From positions 1 through 38,204 of the forward strand of contig PNXV01005372.1 in the NCBI GenBank assembly GCA_013239625.1: a stretch of DNA of 38,204 nt, written 5' to 3'. Below are positions 12,341 through 26,050 of the stretch, in pieces (position 1 is the stretch's first letter; each line of letters starts with the position of its first letter). Source of the DNA: Lama guanicoe (Eukaryota). A program made the position numbers and the translations under genes. The notes under the pieces were generated by a model. That model had not been told where the DNA came from. It was given only the letters and a program-made list of their open reading frames with translations, and did no database searches.

Positions 12341-12848
12341 AGGGCTCGGTCTCACACTTCTGTAACCATCAGAATACTGTAGCATACTCCATCCCTCCAC
12401 CCCAAGTTTAACTGCCTTCCTATTGTGCCTGGTTAGTAAATGCTACTGCTGTCCCCCCAGCACTTGGAGGACACTGGCTCAGCCTGCTCATTCTGTGAGG
12501 AGCTCTCTCTTGCCATTATTTTGTTCTTTCACAACATTGACCTGATTTTCATGAAAAAAAAGTGACTTTTTAAAGTCACCCATGCGCTAAAATGGTTCTA
12601 TGTTGGCTGCGTGAGTTCAGGCACCTCTCCTACAGACGCTTGGAGAGGTGCACTTGTGTTACTGCTCCTGTTTGTGTTTATGGCCGTGTTGACATGTTAC
12701 ATGTATTGGAGGGCAAATAAACTTGATCCAACGAGATCGTCTAATGTTATTTAACAAACATTTTAGGGTCTCCTACTGAATGTCAAAGCCCATGGTGAGC
12801 ACCAGGACCCCAGCGCATGACATGTGAACTCTACCTTGAGCAGCTCAC
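12341..12848 (-). repeat. Inverted repeat, right arm (core 12463-12797)
   Basis: Reverse complement of 6559-7080; 335-bp core identical to the left core apart from a 1-nt homopolymer difference. Confidence 0.97.
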
Positions 12849-12999
12849 GAGGAGGGTATGGGCACATAACAAAGTTCTTTCTCTATGGTTCTAGAAGAGC
12901 CACGGTATAAGGACAATACAAATTTATAATTACAAATGTCTTTGTTTTTGAGTGAGAACAGTTTATTTAGCCAGGCTTAGATTTAAAGAAGGCAGCAAA

Positions 13000-13241
13000 G
13001 TACATGGCTGAAAGCAGGGCTTCTGAACCCAGCCTTGATTTGAATCCTGACTCTGCCACTTCCTGGCTGTGTGATCTTGAGTAAGCTTCTGACCTCTCTG
13101 TGCCTCAGTTCCCTCATCTGTAAACTGTGGCTAGCAATAGTATCTACTTCATGGGACAGGAATGAGGACAAAACAAGGTAATATCTGTAAAACACATACA
13201 ACAGTACCTGGCACATAGTAAATGCCAAGTGAATGCTTATT
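13000..13241 (+). mobile_element. MIR SINE
   Basis: 'ttgaatcctgactctgccacttcctggctgtgtgatcttgagtaag…ctctgtgcctcagttccctcatctgtaaa…gtacctggcacatagtaaatg'. Confidence 0.9.
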
Positions 13242-16200
13242 TTTTAATTTAACCTTTTTCTAGAATTGAAGTATATAGTCAGTTTACAATGTTGTGTCAG
13301 TTTCTGGTGTACAGCAAAATGTTTCTGTCATACATATACATACATATATTCCTTTTCATATTCTTCTTCATTATAGGTTACTACAAGAAATTGAATATAG
13401 TTTCCTGTGCTGTACAGAAGAAACTTTTTGTTTATTACATATATATATATATATATACTAGTTAATATTTGCAAATCTTGAACTCTCAATTTATCCCTTC
13501 CCATCCTCTTTCCCCTGGTAACCATAAGTTTGTTTACTATGTCTGTGAGTCTGTTTCTGTTTTGTAAATAAATTCATTAGTGTCTTCTTTTTACTTTTTT
13601 TATATTCCACATATGAGTGATATCATATGGTATTTTTCTTTCATTTTGTGGCTTACTTCACTTAGAATGACGATCTCCAGGTCCATCCATGTTGCTGCAA
13701 ATGGCATTAATTTATTTCTTTTTTATGGCTGAGTAGTATTCCATTGTATATATATACACCACAATTTCTATATTTAATCATCTGTCAATGGACTTTTAGG
13801 TTGCTTCCATGTCTTGGCTATTGCAAATAGTGCTGCTATGAACATGGGTATGTATGTATCTTCTTGAATTAGAGTTTTTGTCTTTTCTGTGTATATGCTC
13901 AGGAGTGAGATTACTGGATCATATGGTAAGTCTATTTTTAGTTTTTTAAGGAAACTCCATACTGTCCTCTATAGTGGCTTCTCCAATTTACATTCCCACC
14001 AATAGTGTAGGAAGGTTCCTTTTTCTCCACACCCTCTCCAGCATTCATTATTTATAGACTTTTTACTGATGGCCATTCTGACAGGTGTGAGGTGATACCT
14101 CACTCTGTAGTTTTGATTTGCATTTCTCTAATAATTAGTGATGTTGAACATCTTTTCATGTGCCTGTTGGCCATCTGGATATCTTTTTTGGAGAGTTGTC
14201 TATTTAGGTCTTCTGCTCATTTTTTGATTGGGTTGCTTGGGGTTTTTTTGTTTGCTTTTGTTGTTGTTTTTGTTTACATTAAGCTGTATGAGCTATTTGT
14301 ATATTTTGGAAATTAGTCCCTTGTTCGTGGCATCATTTGCAAATATTTTTTCCCTTTCTGTTGGTTGTCTTTTTGTTTTATTGATAGTACCCTTAGCTGT
14401 GAAAAAGGTTTTAAGTTTAATTAGGTCCCATTTGTTTATTTTTGCTTTTATTTCTATTGCTGTGATTTATGTCAAAGAGTGTTCTGCCTATGTTTTCCTC
14501 TAGGAGCTTTATAGTACCTGGTCTTACATTTAAGTCTTTAATCCAATTTGAGTTCATTTTTGTATATGGTGTTAGAGAATTTCTAATTTCATTCTTTTAT
14601 AGGTAGCTGTCCAGTTTTCCCAGCATCACTTATTGAAGAGACTTATCTTTTCTCCATTGTATATGCTTGCCTCCTTTGTCATAGGTTAACTGACCATAAA
14701 TGTGTGGCTTTATTTCTGGACTTTCTATCCTGTTCTGTTGATCTATGTGTCTATTTTTGTGCCAGTATCATACTGTTTTTCATTACTATAGCTTTGTAGT
14801 ATAGTCTGAAGTCAGGGAGCTTGATTCCTCCAGTTCCATTCTTCTTTCTCAAGATTGCTTTGGCTATTCAGAATCTTTTATGTTTCCATGCACAAAATTT
14901 TAAAATTTTATGTTCCAGTTCTGTGGAAAATGTCATTGATAATTTGATAGGGATTGCATTAAATCTGTAGATTGCCTTGGGTAGCATGGCCATTTTAACA
15001 ATCCCATCCAAGAACGTGGTATATCTTTCCATCTGTTTGTGTAGTCTTCAATTTCTTTCATCAATGTCATAGTTTTTGGAAAACAGGTCCTTTGCTTCCT
15101 TCTGTAGGTTTATTCTAGGTATTTTATTCTCTTTGATGTGATGGTAAATGGGATTATTTCTTTAATTTCTTTTTCTGACATTTCTTTATTAGTGTATAGG
15201 AATGCAACTGATTTCTGTATATTAATTTTGTATACTACAACTTTATCAAATTCATTGATGAACTCTAGTAGTTTTCTGGTAGTCTCTTTAGGATTTTCTA
15301 TGTATAGTACCATGTCACCTGCAAACAATGATAGTTTTACTTCTTCCTTTCCAATATGGATTTTTTAAATGTCCTTTTCTTCTCTGATTGCTAGTGGCTA
15401 GGACTGCCAATACTATGTTGAATAAAAGTGGCAAGAGTGGGCATCCTTGCCTTGTTCCTGCTCTTAGAGGAAATGCTTTCAGCTTTTTACTATTGAGTAT
15501 AATATTAGCTGTGGGTTTGCCATATGTGGACTTTATTAGGTTGAGGCATGTTCCCACTATTCTCACTTTCTGGAGAGTTTTTACAATAAATGAATGTTGG
15601 ATTTTGTCAAAAGCTCTTGATGTATCTATTGAGATGATTGTGTGGTTTTTACTCTTCAGTTTTTTAAGAGGTGTATCACATTGATTTGTGGATATTGAAA
15701 AATCCTTGCATCCCTGGGATAAATCCCACTTGATCATGATGTATGATCCTTTTAAGGTATTGTTGGATTTGGTTTGATAATACTTTGAGGATTTTTGCAT
15801 CTATGTTCATCAGTGATATTGACCTGTAATTTATTTTTTTGGTGATATCTTTGTCTGGCTTTGGTATCGGGGTGATGCTGGCCTCATAGAATGAGTTTGG
15901 ATGTGTTCCTTCCTTTGCAATTTTTTGGAATAGTTTGAGAAGGATAGGTGTTAACTCTTCTCTGAATGTTTGGTAGAATTCACCTGTGAAGCCATCTAGT
16001 CCTGGACATTTGTTTGTTGGGAGTTTTTAAATTACTGATTCAATCTCATTAATGGTACTTTGTTCAAAATTTCTATTTCTTATTGGTTCAGTCTTGGGAG
16101 ATTGGACATTTCTAAGAACTTGTCTATTTCTTCTGGGTTGTCCATTTTATTGGCATACAGTTGTTTGTAGTAGTCTCTTATGATCCTTTGTATTTCTGTG

Positions 16201-17571
16201 GTGTCAGTTGTAACTTCTCCCCTTTTATTTCTGATTTTATTGATTTGCATCCTCTCCCTTTTTTTCTTGATGAGTCTGGCTAAAGATTTATCAATTTTGT
16301 TTATCTTTTCAAAGAACCAGCTTTTAGTTTCATTGATCTTTTCTATTGTTTTTGGTCTCTATTTTATTTCTGCTCTGATCTTTATGATTTCTTTCTTTCT
16401 ACTAACTTAGGGTATTGTTTGCTCTTTCTCTAGTTGCTTTAGGTGTAAGGTTAGGCTGTTTGTTTGAGATTTTTCTTGTTTCCTGAGCTGTGCTTGTATC
16501 ACTATAACCTTCTCTCTTAGAACTGCTTTTGCTTTGCTGCATAGGTTTTGAATCATTGTTTTTGTTTTCACTTGTCTCTATGTATTTTTTAGTTTCTTCT
16601 TTGATTTCTCCAGTGATTCATTGGTTGTTTAGTAGCATATTGTTTAGCCTACACATTTGCATTTTTTGCATTTTTTTCTTTTTTTTAACATTTTTATTGA
16701 TTTATAATCATTTTACAATGTTGTGTCAAATTCCAGTGTTCAGCACAATTTTTCAGTCATACATGGACATATACACATTCATTGTCACATTTTTTTCTCT
16801 GTGAGCTACCATAACATTTTGTGTATATTTCCTTGTGCTATGCAGTGTAATCTTGTTTATCTATTCTACAATTTTGAAATCCCAGTCTATCCCTTCCCAC
16901 CCTCTGCCCCTCTGGCAACCACCCCCATTCTAAGCGAAGTAAGCCAGAAAGAGAAAGAAAAATACCATATGAGATTGCTCATATGTGGAATCTAAAAAAC
17001 AAACAAACAAACAAAAATAAAGCATAAATGCAGGACAGAAATAAACTCATAGACAGAGAATACAGACTTGTGGTTGCAGTTTTTTTCTTATAATTGATTT
17101 CTAGTCTCATAGTTTCATGGCTGGAAAAGATGCTTGATATGTTTTCAATTTTCTTAAATTCACTGAGGCTTGTTTTGTGACTTAGCATGTGGTCTATTCT
17201 GGAGAATGTTCCATGCCCACATGAAAAGAATGTGTGTTCTGCTGCTTTTGGATAGAATGCTGTATAGGTAACAATTAAGTCCTTAAGATCTAATGTATCA
17301 TTTAAGGCTTGTGTTTCCTTATTGATTTTCTCTCTGAATGATCTGTCCATTGATGTAAGTGGGGTGTTAAGGTCCCCCACTATTATTATGTTACTATTGA
17401 TTTCTCCTTTTATGTCTGTTAATAGTTGTCTTATATATTGAGTTGCTCCTATGTTGGGTGCATATATATTTACAATCATTACATCTTCTTGGATCAATCC
17501 TCTGAGCATTATGTAGTGTCATTCCTTGTTTCTTGTGACAGTCTTTATTTTAAAGTCGATTTTGTCTGATA
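13242..17571 (-). mobile_element. 5'-truncated L1 (~4.3 kb: most of ORF2 plus 3'UTR), frameshifted and inactive
   Basis: ORF fragments give L1 EN (IVNIYAPNIGA…IIVGDLNTPL…FSRIDHML) and RT ([21 protein letters not shown]). Poly(A) at 13242. 16-bp TSD caagtga[a/t]tgcttatt at 13226-13241 and 17572-17587. Confidence 0.95.
16681..17077 (-). mobile_element. Young L1 3' end with 5' inversion (twin priming), nested in the larger L1
   Basis: 16681-16922 is a minus-strand 3' terminus; ~16925-17077 is the upstream-adjacent 3'UTR in plus orientation. TSD ttgca(g)tttttttctt at 16666-16680 and 17074-17089. Confidence 0.88.
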
Positions 17572-19344
17572 CAAGTGATTGCTTATTAAAGCAACAAATC
17601 CTGACCTCACCAGACACTGGTGTATGGCCTCAGGATTAAGTCAGTCAGCTTGCTAAACTGACTGAACTTAGAAAGTTGGTAAAAAGTAGCAAAACTTGTA
17701 CTCCACAGGGCTGTGGTGGACTTGAAACACTTAGATCCCTGTAGTACATGGTGTATGATTATCTTTATCCTTGAAGCTGGCTCTAAAGCCCTCAGATCCT
17801 CTGATGTGCCAGAGGGCATTATTGCATCTGTCAATTGTTCTTACTGTCTCTGCAACCACCCACTGGCCATTTCTGGTGAGGCCCCTTAACATGCTGTATG
17901 GTTGCTGCCTTCATTGCACAGTGCATTTCATCCATGTGTGAGTCATAAGCATTTTTTTCAGTGGAGCTTTAAAGTAAACCAGGCATTTTGGCTTCAGAGT
18001 GCAGTGCCTGTGCATGACCACACTAGCTTACTGTGGGATGCACAAATATAGTTATCCTAATAATGGTAACTGCTTACCAGTATTGTCCAGTTTATACTAT
18101 GGGTTACAGAGATGATCTCAATTGCTAAAACAAACAAGAGGGCACAATAGCCTTGAGATTCTAGCTTTTGACTGAGCCAAAGCAAAACACCTAAGGAGCT
18201 CTATTTCTGGAGTTTCTGACAGAACACATGGATGGCCTCCCTTCCCATGACTTAAGCCTCCAATAGCCAAATCACAAGGTATAACTTGCATTTCATTCTT
18301 CCATTCACTTCTGATACCATTTCAGATCACAGTGGTCACAGTAATCATTTGAAGCCTGATATTTACTATTCCTTAGCCTCTTCTCACTTAGATAAATAAG
18401 TAGATCAACATCCTGATATCTGCTGTTCATCCCCAAATACTCATTTACATCTTTTCACCACCCCCTCATGATGTATGAATCAGGCAGGACAGGGCATGTG
18501 TTTTTGCTGCCCATCAAACTTCCCGCTGTTATTTGAGAGGTAATTAGGAGCCTTGGCCTGAGTGGGAAATTAATATCAACAGGGGTACTCATATTTGCAA
18601 CTAGCATCTAAATAGTTCTATCATTTCCCTGCTCTTCTGAGCCCAACCCTGGGTTTTCTCATACACTTGCTTCTCTGGTACTTGAGGATGCATGTTGCTT
18701 TCTGGCACTGGCTGTTAGTAACCCAAGATAGACAAAATAACCCAGCACCTGCAAAGGCAGTCCCCTACAGGGAAGGACTACCAGTGAGAAGAGCCAGACA
18801 GACAGCTCCCTGCGATGCAGTCAGAGAAACAGGTGTTGTAAGTAATGCCACTTCTGTTCTAGGGACCTCAAACCAGTTACTTTAAAATTATTTATGAATA
18901 AATTAAAACTGCTATTATTCAAAATTGCCCAGCGTCTTAATAAAACTTGCAAGCCTCACTATGAGGCTTAATTCCTGAATCATGTCAAAGTCTGACATAC
19001 ATCTTGGCACATTGGAGATAACCAATAAACTGTGACCCAGTTTCCTGACAGATGTCAGGCTGGTGGAAGGAGCTGAAGGAAACAAAAGGCATGCCAGTGA
19101 ATTTGTCTACAACTTATGTTTTGTTTCACTTACAACATAATGTAAACTGCTCCTTCCATCTTCCTTGACACCTTGGCTTTTAGATGTGTATGTTGGACCT
19201 GGAAGGGCCCTTAGAGACTGTACTAGTCAGGAAGGGCTAGGTTGTGCTGGTCTTCCATGACTGGCCCTCCATGACCTTTCGGATCTAATCTTCAGTTATT
19301 CGGCTGCTCACTCCTGCTACACACACCCCCCCCCAATGTATCAA

Positions 19345-20355
19345 TTTATACCAATATAAGTTCAAATGTAAAACTGATGAATAAACAGAATGTTGTATAT
19401 TTATACAATGACATATTATTCAACCATTTAAAAGGATACATGAAAAACTTAGGAAAAAAAGAAGGAAGCATTGATATTTGTTCCAACATGGATCAACCTT
19501 TAAATATTTGAATGAAGGTATTTCCAGAGAATGGCTTTTCCATTTCTGGAGATGGATATGGTGAGTAAATTCTATTCATTGATTTTCTAGAGGGGAATTC
19601 AGATGCTGGATATGGCTTGTGAGTATATATATATACATACTGTCACACACATGTACATGCTAGAGGTTCTCTGGTTGAACTCTTACTGATACAATACCTA
19701 TAGAATGGAAATAACTTTTTAAACGGACAACTTTTGGAGGGATATGAAGAAATTGGAACCCACATACATTACTGATTGGAATGTAAATGATGCAGCCACT
19801 TTGGAGAACACTTAGGATATCCTCAGAAACTTAAATGTAAGGTTATTATATGACCTAGGAATTCCACTCTTATGTACATACCCAAGAGAATTGAAACATA
19901 TGTTCACATAAAAATATGTACATGAATATTCATAGCAGCATTATTCATAATACCTTAAATGTGCAAAAAAACTCCCAAATATGTAATAATTGATGAATAA
20001 ACAAAATGTTGTATCAATGACATATTTTTCAGCCATTAAAAATGACTGAACTAAAAACAAAAGAAAGAAGGAAGTGCTGATACTTCCACCAACAGAAATC
20101 AATCTTTAAAACATTGTGCTAAGTTAAAGTATTCAAAGAGGCAAATCCACAGAAATAGAAAGTAGATTAGTCACTGTCAGGGGTTGTGGGTAAAAGAGAA
20201 TGATTCCTAATGGGTACAGGGTTTCTTTCTGAAGTAATGGAAATATTCTGGAACTAGACAGTTGTGATAGTTGCACAACTGTGTGAATATATTAAAATTA
20301 CAGAACTGCATGCTTTAAAGGGGTAAATTTTGTTATGTGAATTATATCTCAATAG
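19345..20355 (+). mobile_element. L1MB-like 3'UTR remnants (two related segments)
   Basis: 'gaaattggaacccacatacattactgattggaatgtaaatgatgcagccactttgg', 'tgaatattcatagcagcattattcataat', 'gaactagacagttgtgatagttgcacaac', 'gaattatatctcaat'. Confidence 0.8.
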
Positions 20356-20807
20356 AAAGATTATTAATAATAAATACAAGGTAGTTCTCCTAACTGCAGT
20401 CTGCCTAAGAATGAGACGGAGTACCCTAATCACAAACTTGAATTCCTGGTCCTAAAGTGGACCATTTCTGCCACTTAGGAGTGTATGGATGGGCTCCTTT
20501 TGAGGTAGGGACAGCAATACTCTTACACACGTTTCAATACTGCTAAGCCATAGATTCCAAGACATCAAGGGTAATCCAGTCAGTGACTACAAAGCTCCCC
20601 CTTCAAGAAACTACTTGCTGCCTAGCTTCAAATATTATGGTTAACTGACAGCCTCTTTTGGCTCCTTTGGGGTATGCCTTTATTATTTAGCCAAAGTCAC
20701 AATCTTCTAGTGGTGGCCACCAGTCAATAACTAAGCAATGCATTTGTAGCCAAGGCCACACACTTCTCAGAGAGGCCATCAGCCAGTGACTGAGCAATTT
20801 GGTGGTA

Positions 20808-21135
20808 CAAAATTGACAAACCTATCTCTCAAGAAAAAAAGAAGTTTCAAATTATTAAAATCAAGAATGAAAGAGGAGACATTACTACTGACCTTACAGG
20901 GAAAAAATTATATGGGAATACTAGGAACAACTGTATGCCAAGAAATTAGATAACATGAATAAAATGTAGAAATACCTAGAAAGACACAAAGTACCAACAC
21001 TGACTCAAAAAGAAACAGAAAGTCAGAATAGAACTATAATAAGTAAGAAATTGAGTTACAAAGCAAAAACCTTGCTACAAAGGAAAGGTCAGGACCAGAT
21101 GGCTTCACTAGTGAATTCTACCAAACTTTAAAAAT
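20808..21135 (+). mobile_element. L1M ORF2 internal fragment
   Basis: 'aaaatcaagaatgaaagaggagacattactactgaccttacag', 'caggaccagatggcttcactagtgaattctaccaaac'. Confidence 0.8.
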
Positions 21136-22513
21136 TCTTCCAGGGAATGCTTTGAGGATTAGCATGTAAAGCACTTAGTATAGTGCCTAGCACACAGTGG
21201 CTGCTTGTTTTCTATTTGCTGTGGTTATGAAAAGTCTGTTGATTAAATGGATGAACAAATGAATAGGGTCGCAAGATTAGAGACAAAAGCCACTGTGAAT
21301 ATTTGTGTTGCTTATTTTTACAGGAGGCTGGGGCATGAGGGTGCTGAGATCTCATCCAAATCCAAAGAACCAGGACATAAAAGGATGTAAGGCTGAGGTG
21401 ACAAGATGAAGGGCAGGCAAACAGTAGGTTAGTCCTGGGGAAGGGCCTAGAAACCAGGAATCAGGGTAGACCAGGGATCTGGGCCCAGAAAGCAGCCTTT
21501 GGGGGATGCAAGTTTGGTAATAAGAGGTGAAAGGCAGACATCCTCACAGAAATCCCAAGAGGCTGGAATATCAACAGAATCATTTGGCTTTGTGAACTGA
21601 AGAACCATGAGTTTAGGTAATTGGACCAAAGCCCTGTAACAATTGGTGGAGACAATGATAATTAAATAAAATATACAGAAAACAAAGGTAATGACTACTC
21701 AAAACTCATAGTTTCTTAATTATGTTTTGCCATTTGCTGTTATCTATTCTTATCAGGTTATTTACATATGTTGTATCTGGAAATAGTAAATGCAATGGAC
21801 TGAGGAGCAAATAGGCAGCAGAAGCTAAGACCAAGCAGAAGAAACAAAATATGTATGGACCGAGGGAAAGAACATTTGATTGACTAAGAAAGTTGAACAG
21901 AAACAGAGAGAGGAAGACTCTAAATACAAGATCAAGAAGTTTTGGCAGGGAGGTCTCCAGAGAGTTTGGAAGAGCTGTGAGCCACAGCACAGGGGACCAG
22001 GATTAGCCTGGACAGGGTAGTGGCAGCCTTCTCTGAGACAGGCAGGTAGGTTGGAAAGACAGGTGAGGATTGGGGGAAGTTTGGAGCTAAGATCTTGTGA
22101 CCCACTAACTGAAGTTCCAAAGTTACCTCAGAAGAACCATTTACAGATCATCCATTTAACAATTAATAATACTGTGAGAAACTGCATTACTCAGTCCCAG
22201 AGAAGGAGTTAAGATCCCAGGATTTCAGAGCAAAACCAATAGAACTACCTACTTTTGGTCTTTCATGTGAGAGAGAAATTGCCTTCCATCTCGTGTGAGC
22301 TGTTGTTGTTTCCAGTCTATGTTAGTCATAGCCACACCTGTTCTTAACTGATACAGAAAACAACTATACCAGGACCTTATAATGCTCCCAGGGAACCTGA
22401 GGGGCCAGCCAGACTGTGTTGTTTTCAGTGTAGACAGAGGAAAACTGATCACATTTCAAAAGCCTTCCAGACACTTGAGAGTGAAAGGGGTAAACTAAAT
22501 AATGAGGCTGGGA

Positions 22514-23050
22514 ACTATTCACAATAGCCAAGACATGGAAACAACCTAAATGTCCAGCAACAGATGACTGGATAAGATGTGGTACACATATACAATGGAA
22601 TACTACTCGGCCATAAAAAAGAATAAAATAACGCCATTTGCAGCAACATGGACAGACCTGGAGATTATCATTCTAAGTGAAGTAAGCCAGAAAGAGAAAG
22701 AAAAATACCATATGATATCACTGACACAAATGAACTTATTTACAAAACAGAAAGAGACTCACAGACATAGGAAACAAAGTTATGGTTCCCGGTGGGAGAA
22801 AGAGGGTGGGAAGGGATAAATTGGAAGTTTGAGATTTGAAGATACTATTATATGTAAAATAGATGAACAACAAGTTTTTTCTGTATAGCACAGGGAACTA
22901 TATTCGATATCTGGTAACCTATAATGAAGAAGAATATGAAAATGAATATATTTATGTATATGTATAACTGAAACATGATGCTGTATACCAGAAATTGACA
23001 CAACGTTATAAACTGACTATACTTGAATTAAAAAAAAAACTTATAAAAAT
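22514..23050 (+). mobile_element. 5'-truncated L1 3' end
   Basis: ORF 22577-22819 ([38 protein letters not shown]) is the L1 ORF2 C-terminus. 16-bp perfect TSD aataatgaggctggga at 22498-22513 and 23051-23066. Confidence 0.95.
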
Positions 23051-25191
23051 AATAATGAGGCTGGGACATATGGTGTAAAGGGGATTCTATCCCAGAGAAA
23101 TTGGAATGTCTACTCCCTTCGCCAGAGACCATGCTACACTCATTCAACCACCAGATATTGAAACTTTGACCTCTGTCTGACCTCTGTTATTCCTCTTCTC
23201 TCATCTTGCCTCCTCTCCCCTTCCCTCCCTTCTCCTCGCCTCTCCTACCTCCCCTTCTCTCTCTCTCTCTTCCCTGACTTGCTAACAAAACTCTAAAGTC
23301 CTTAAACAGAAAGACTAGCTCTCATACTTTTCTATAGCCCAGTGCCTATGCTTTACCCCCAGCAAGCCCACCAACTACTAACAAAGGAAAAAATGATGAT
23401 GGTGTAGGACAGGGAAATTCCAGCCAGACATTTTACAGCGTCCTTTCAAAATATTCCTCCTTATGTTTAACTTAAACTCCCTTCTGCTTTAGTAGTTTGC
23501 TTGTCTCTGATAAAGCTTCAGCCCACTTAGGGTCTCCAGTTCATGACAGGGCAGCAGAATTCTCAGTAATACGGATTTTCCATATGAGGTTAATGCTTGC
23601 TGTTCAGGCTGAAGGGAGGTAACAAAAGGGCAGGTGTTCCAAAGGCCAGTGCAAGGCATCTGCTGAGTGGCAGTTGTGGTGTCAAGAGTAACATTGCTCC
23701 CTGAATACGTGGGTTTCCCATTACTCATCATGTTTGTTACCTTCCCTGTATGTGCACCAAGACAGTGGGAGAGGCCAGCCTTGGATCACCAATTTATGGC
23801 AAATAACAGCTGTACAGTAAAGTTGAAGTTCTGACCTGTTTTAGGGATTCAAATCTCACTGCTCAATACTGCAAGGCATGAGTTCATTCTTGAGGGGGAA
23901 TTAGAAGAAAGAAGAACCACATAATCCATCTCAAACCCCAACTTGAACGTGTGGTTATAACTTGTTCAGGTGCTGGTCTTTAAGCTGAGTTAGGAGCAGG
24001 GGAGAGAGGGGCAGATATGGCCTGGATAGTTAGGCAGGGCCCTGTTTATACAAGCTGATTTTCACACATGTTCTGCTCAATATGCCATGGACTTTGTGTA
24101 GACCCCACCAGTGGGCACAAATAACTTCAATAAGTGAGAACAAAGCCAAGTAGCCCCTGCAGAAGCTAAAGCCACAAGTGAATCCTCATGAAATATAAAT
24201 AAACTATCATTTTATGAGCTCTGTCTATGAGCCAGGTCCTTGGTGAGATATCTGCCCATATTGGAGGATTGGGTGAACAGAAGGGAAAATCAATGTGGCA
24301 ACGTTATCAGGGGCCATATCAGGCAGAGCCTGGGATGCAAACCTAGGGGACCCATCTGTGTCCAATGGGAGCCACTGGTATTTTAATGACGACACTAGCC
24401 TCTTACTCTCTTAGGCGAGACAGAGCAGTATCAGCTTTGCTTCCCCTCTCCTCTCCCCGCCCCCACCCCAGTGCCTGCATCTCCGCATTCATCCAATCCC
24501 TGGGGTCCACCAATTCTAACTCAGAAATGTCTCTACCTTTCTTCTTCTCATGGTCACTGCGTAAATTCAGGCCCACATTCTTTCTTGTCTTCTAACTGGA
24601 CTCTACTCTCAGGCCCTCCCAACCCTTCCTCTAGACTGCTGATGAGGAACTTTCCAGACACACTGACAGGACCACTGAGATAGGCTCTGGGCTTTGTGTA
24701 GGTAAGGGAGGGGAAAGTCTCTAGTTGAAACCCAGCCCGTATCAGCAGTGCTTCTGGGCAGGGACTCTGATGCTCCATCCAGCAGCTCAAGGAGCAGAAC
24801 AACAGGGACCTTGCAGGCTGCTATCCTTGGAGGGAGTGGGCAGCCAAGAAATGAGCAAAGAAGAGAAGTGGGACACCTCAAAACATGGACCTTTTACCTC
24901 TTCTGACCCCTATGCAAATGCCCAGTGCTTTCTGTCTGACTCTCAAAAATAGTCTTTGCACTTCATGTAGCACCTTTCACCAGAAGATCTCACAAAAGAA
25001 GCTCAAAACAACTTACTTACACACCTGGTTCGCAGGCATCCCTTTCTCAGCAGTGTCTGAGGGCATAAGAAGAAGAGAGCAGGGCTCTGGTGCTTCCTTG
25101 GGAGACTTCATTCTGCTTCTGAATTCCCTCTTGGCCTGCTGAAATCTAAAGTAGAATCCCATTTAATATGAATAAAATAAACAAACAGCAC

Positions 25192-25263
25192 TGTGTGTAT
25201 GTGTGTGTGTGCGTGTGTGTGCGCGTGTGTGTGAATGAGAGAGAGAGAGAGAGAAGAGGAGAG
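25192..25263. repeat. Compound (TG/CG)n-(GA)n microsatellite
   Basis: Read directly from the sequence. Confidence 0.9.
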
Positions 25264-25859
25264 GCAAGAAAAGGCAGGAAGCAGAAGAATGGAATGGTTA
25301 ACAGTGGTCACCTTTGGGGGAGAATGGGGTGGTTAGTGGAATGATTGCTCTTTTCACTTCTGGACTGTACGTGTTTTTTTGCAAGAAAGTATAGTTATTT
25401 ATTACTTTGATAATATCAAAAACAATCTCTTTGTAATGTAACGTATCATGAATATTGGTGGAAAAAGTAATGAAATATTGTGATGGGGCAGTACAACAGT
25501 ACCATGCAAATCTTAAACCACTAAAATATTAAATAAGTAATGAATATTTATATTGAATATAAATACAAATGAATATTGCACTTGCTTCTTCAAAACAAGT
25601 TTTAGATGCTGTTTTTCTCAGGCTTAAATGCATTGAATGGAAAATATTTTTAATAATCGGTTATCAGTAGGAGACATACCTTGATTGTGGTGGTAGTTAC
25701 ACAGCTTAATGTGTTTGTCAAAACTCAGACCTGTACACTAAAAAATGGTGAATTTTACTATATGTAAATTATGCATAAAAATAAGTAAAACAATAGGTTA
25801 TCATTAGAAGATGGTTGGTTGTCCACTACCACTAATTGGACATTTACTGTGCATAAGGC

Positions 25860-26050
25860 TGTTTATCAGCTTAAATACAGTATTGCATGTAATTGTCTCA
25901 ATGAGCTTGATACCTTCATTAATTCCATTTTTCAGATGGAATAACAGATGCTCAGAGATGCTACTTATTGAATCACATAGCTAGTAAGCAGCTGACGTGG
26001 AATTTGAATCCAGATCTGTGTGACCCCAGAACTCCAGCTTTTACATCCTA
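25860..26050 (-). mobile_element. MIR remnant
   Basis: 'ccatttttcagatggaataacagatgctcagag…atcacatagctagtaagcagctgacgtggaatttgaatccagatctgtgtgacccc'. Confidence 0.8.

Noticed and set aside
15110..17509. Functional reverse transcriptase/endonuclease
   Set aside because: L1 ORF2 is 5'-truncated, frameshifted, interrupted by a nested L1, and the FADD motif reads FAGD.
23489..23731. 80-aa ATG-initiated ORF in unique DNA
   Set aside because: No recognisable domain, codon bias or convincing splice context; length is within chance expectation.
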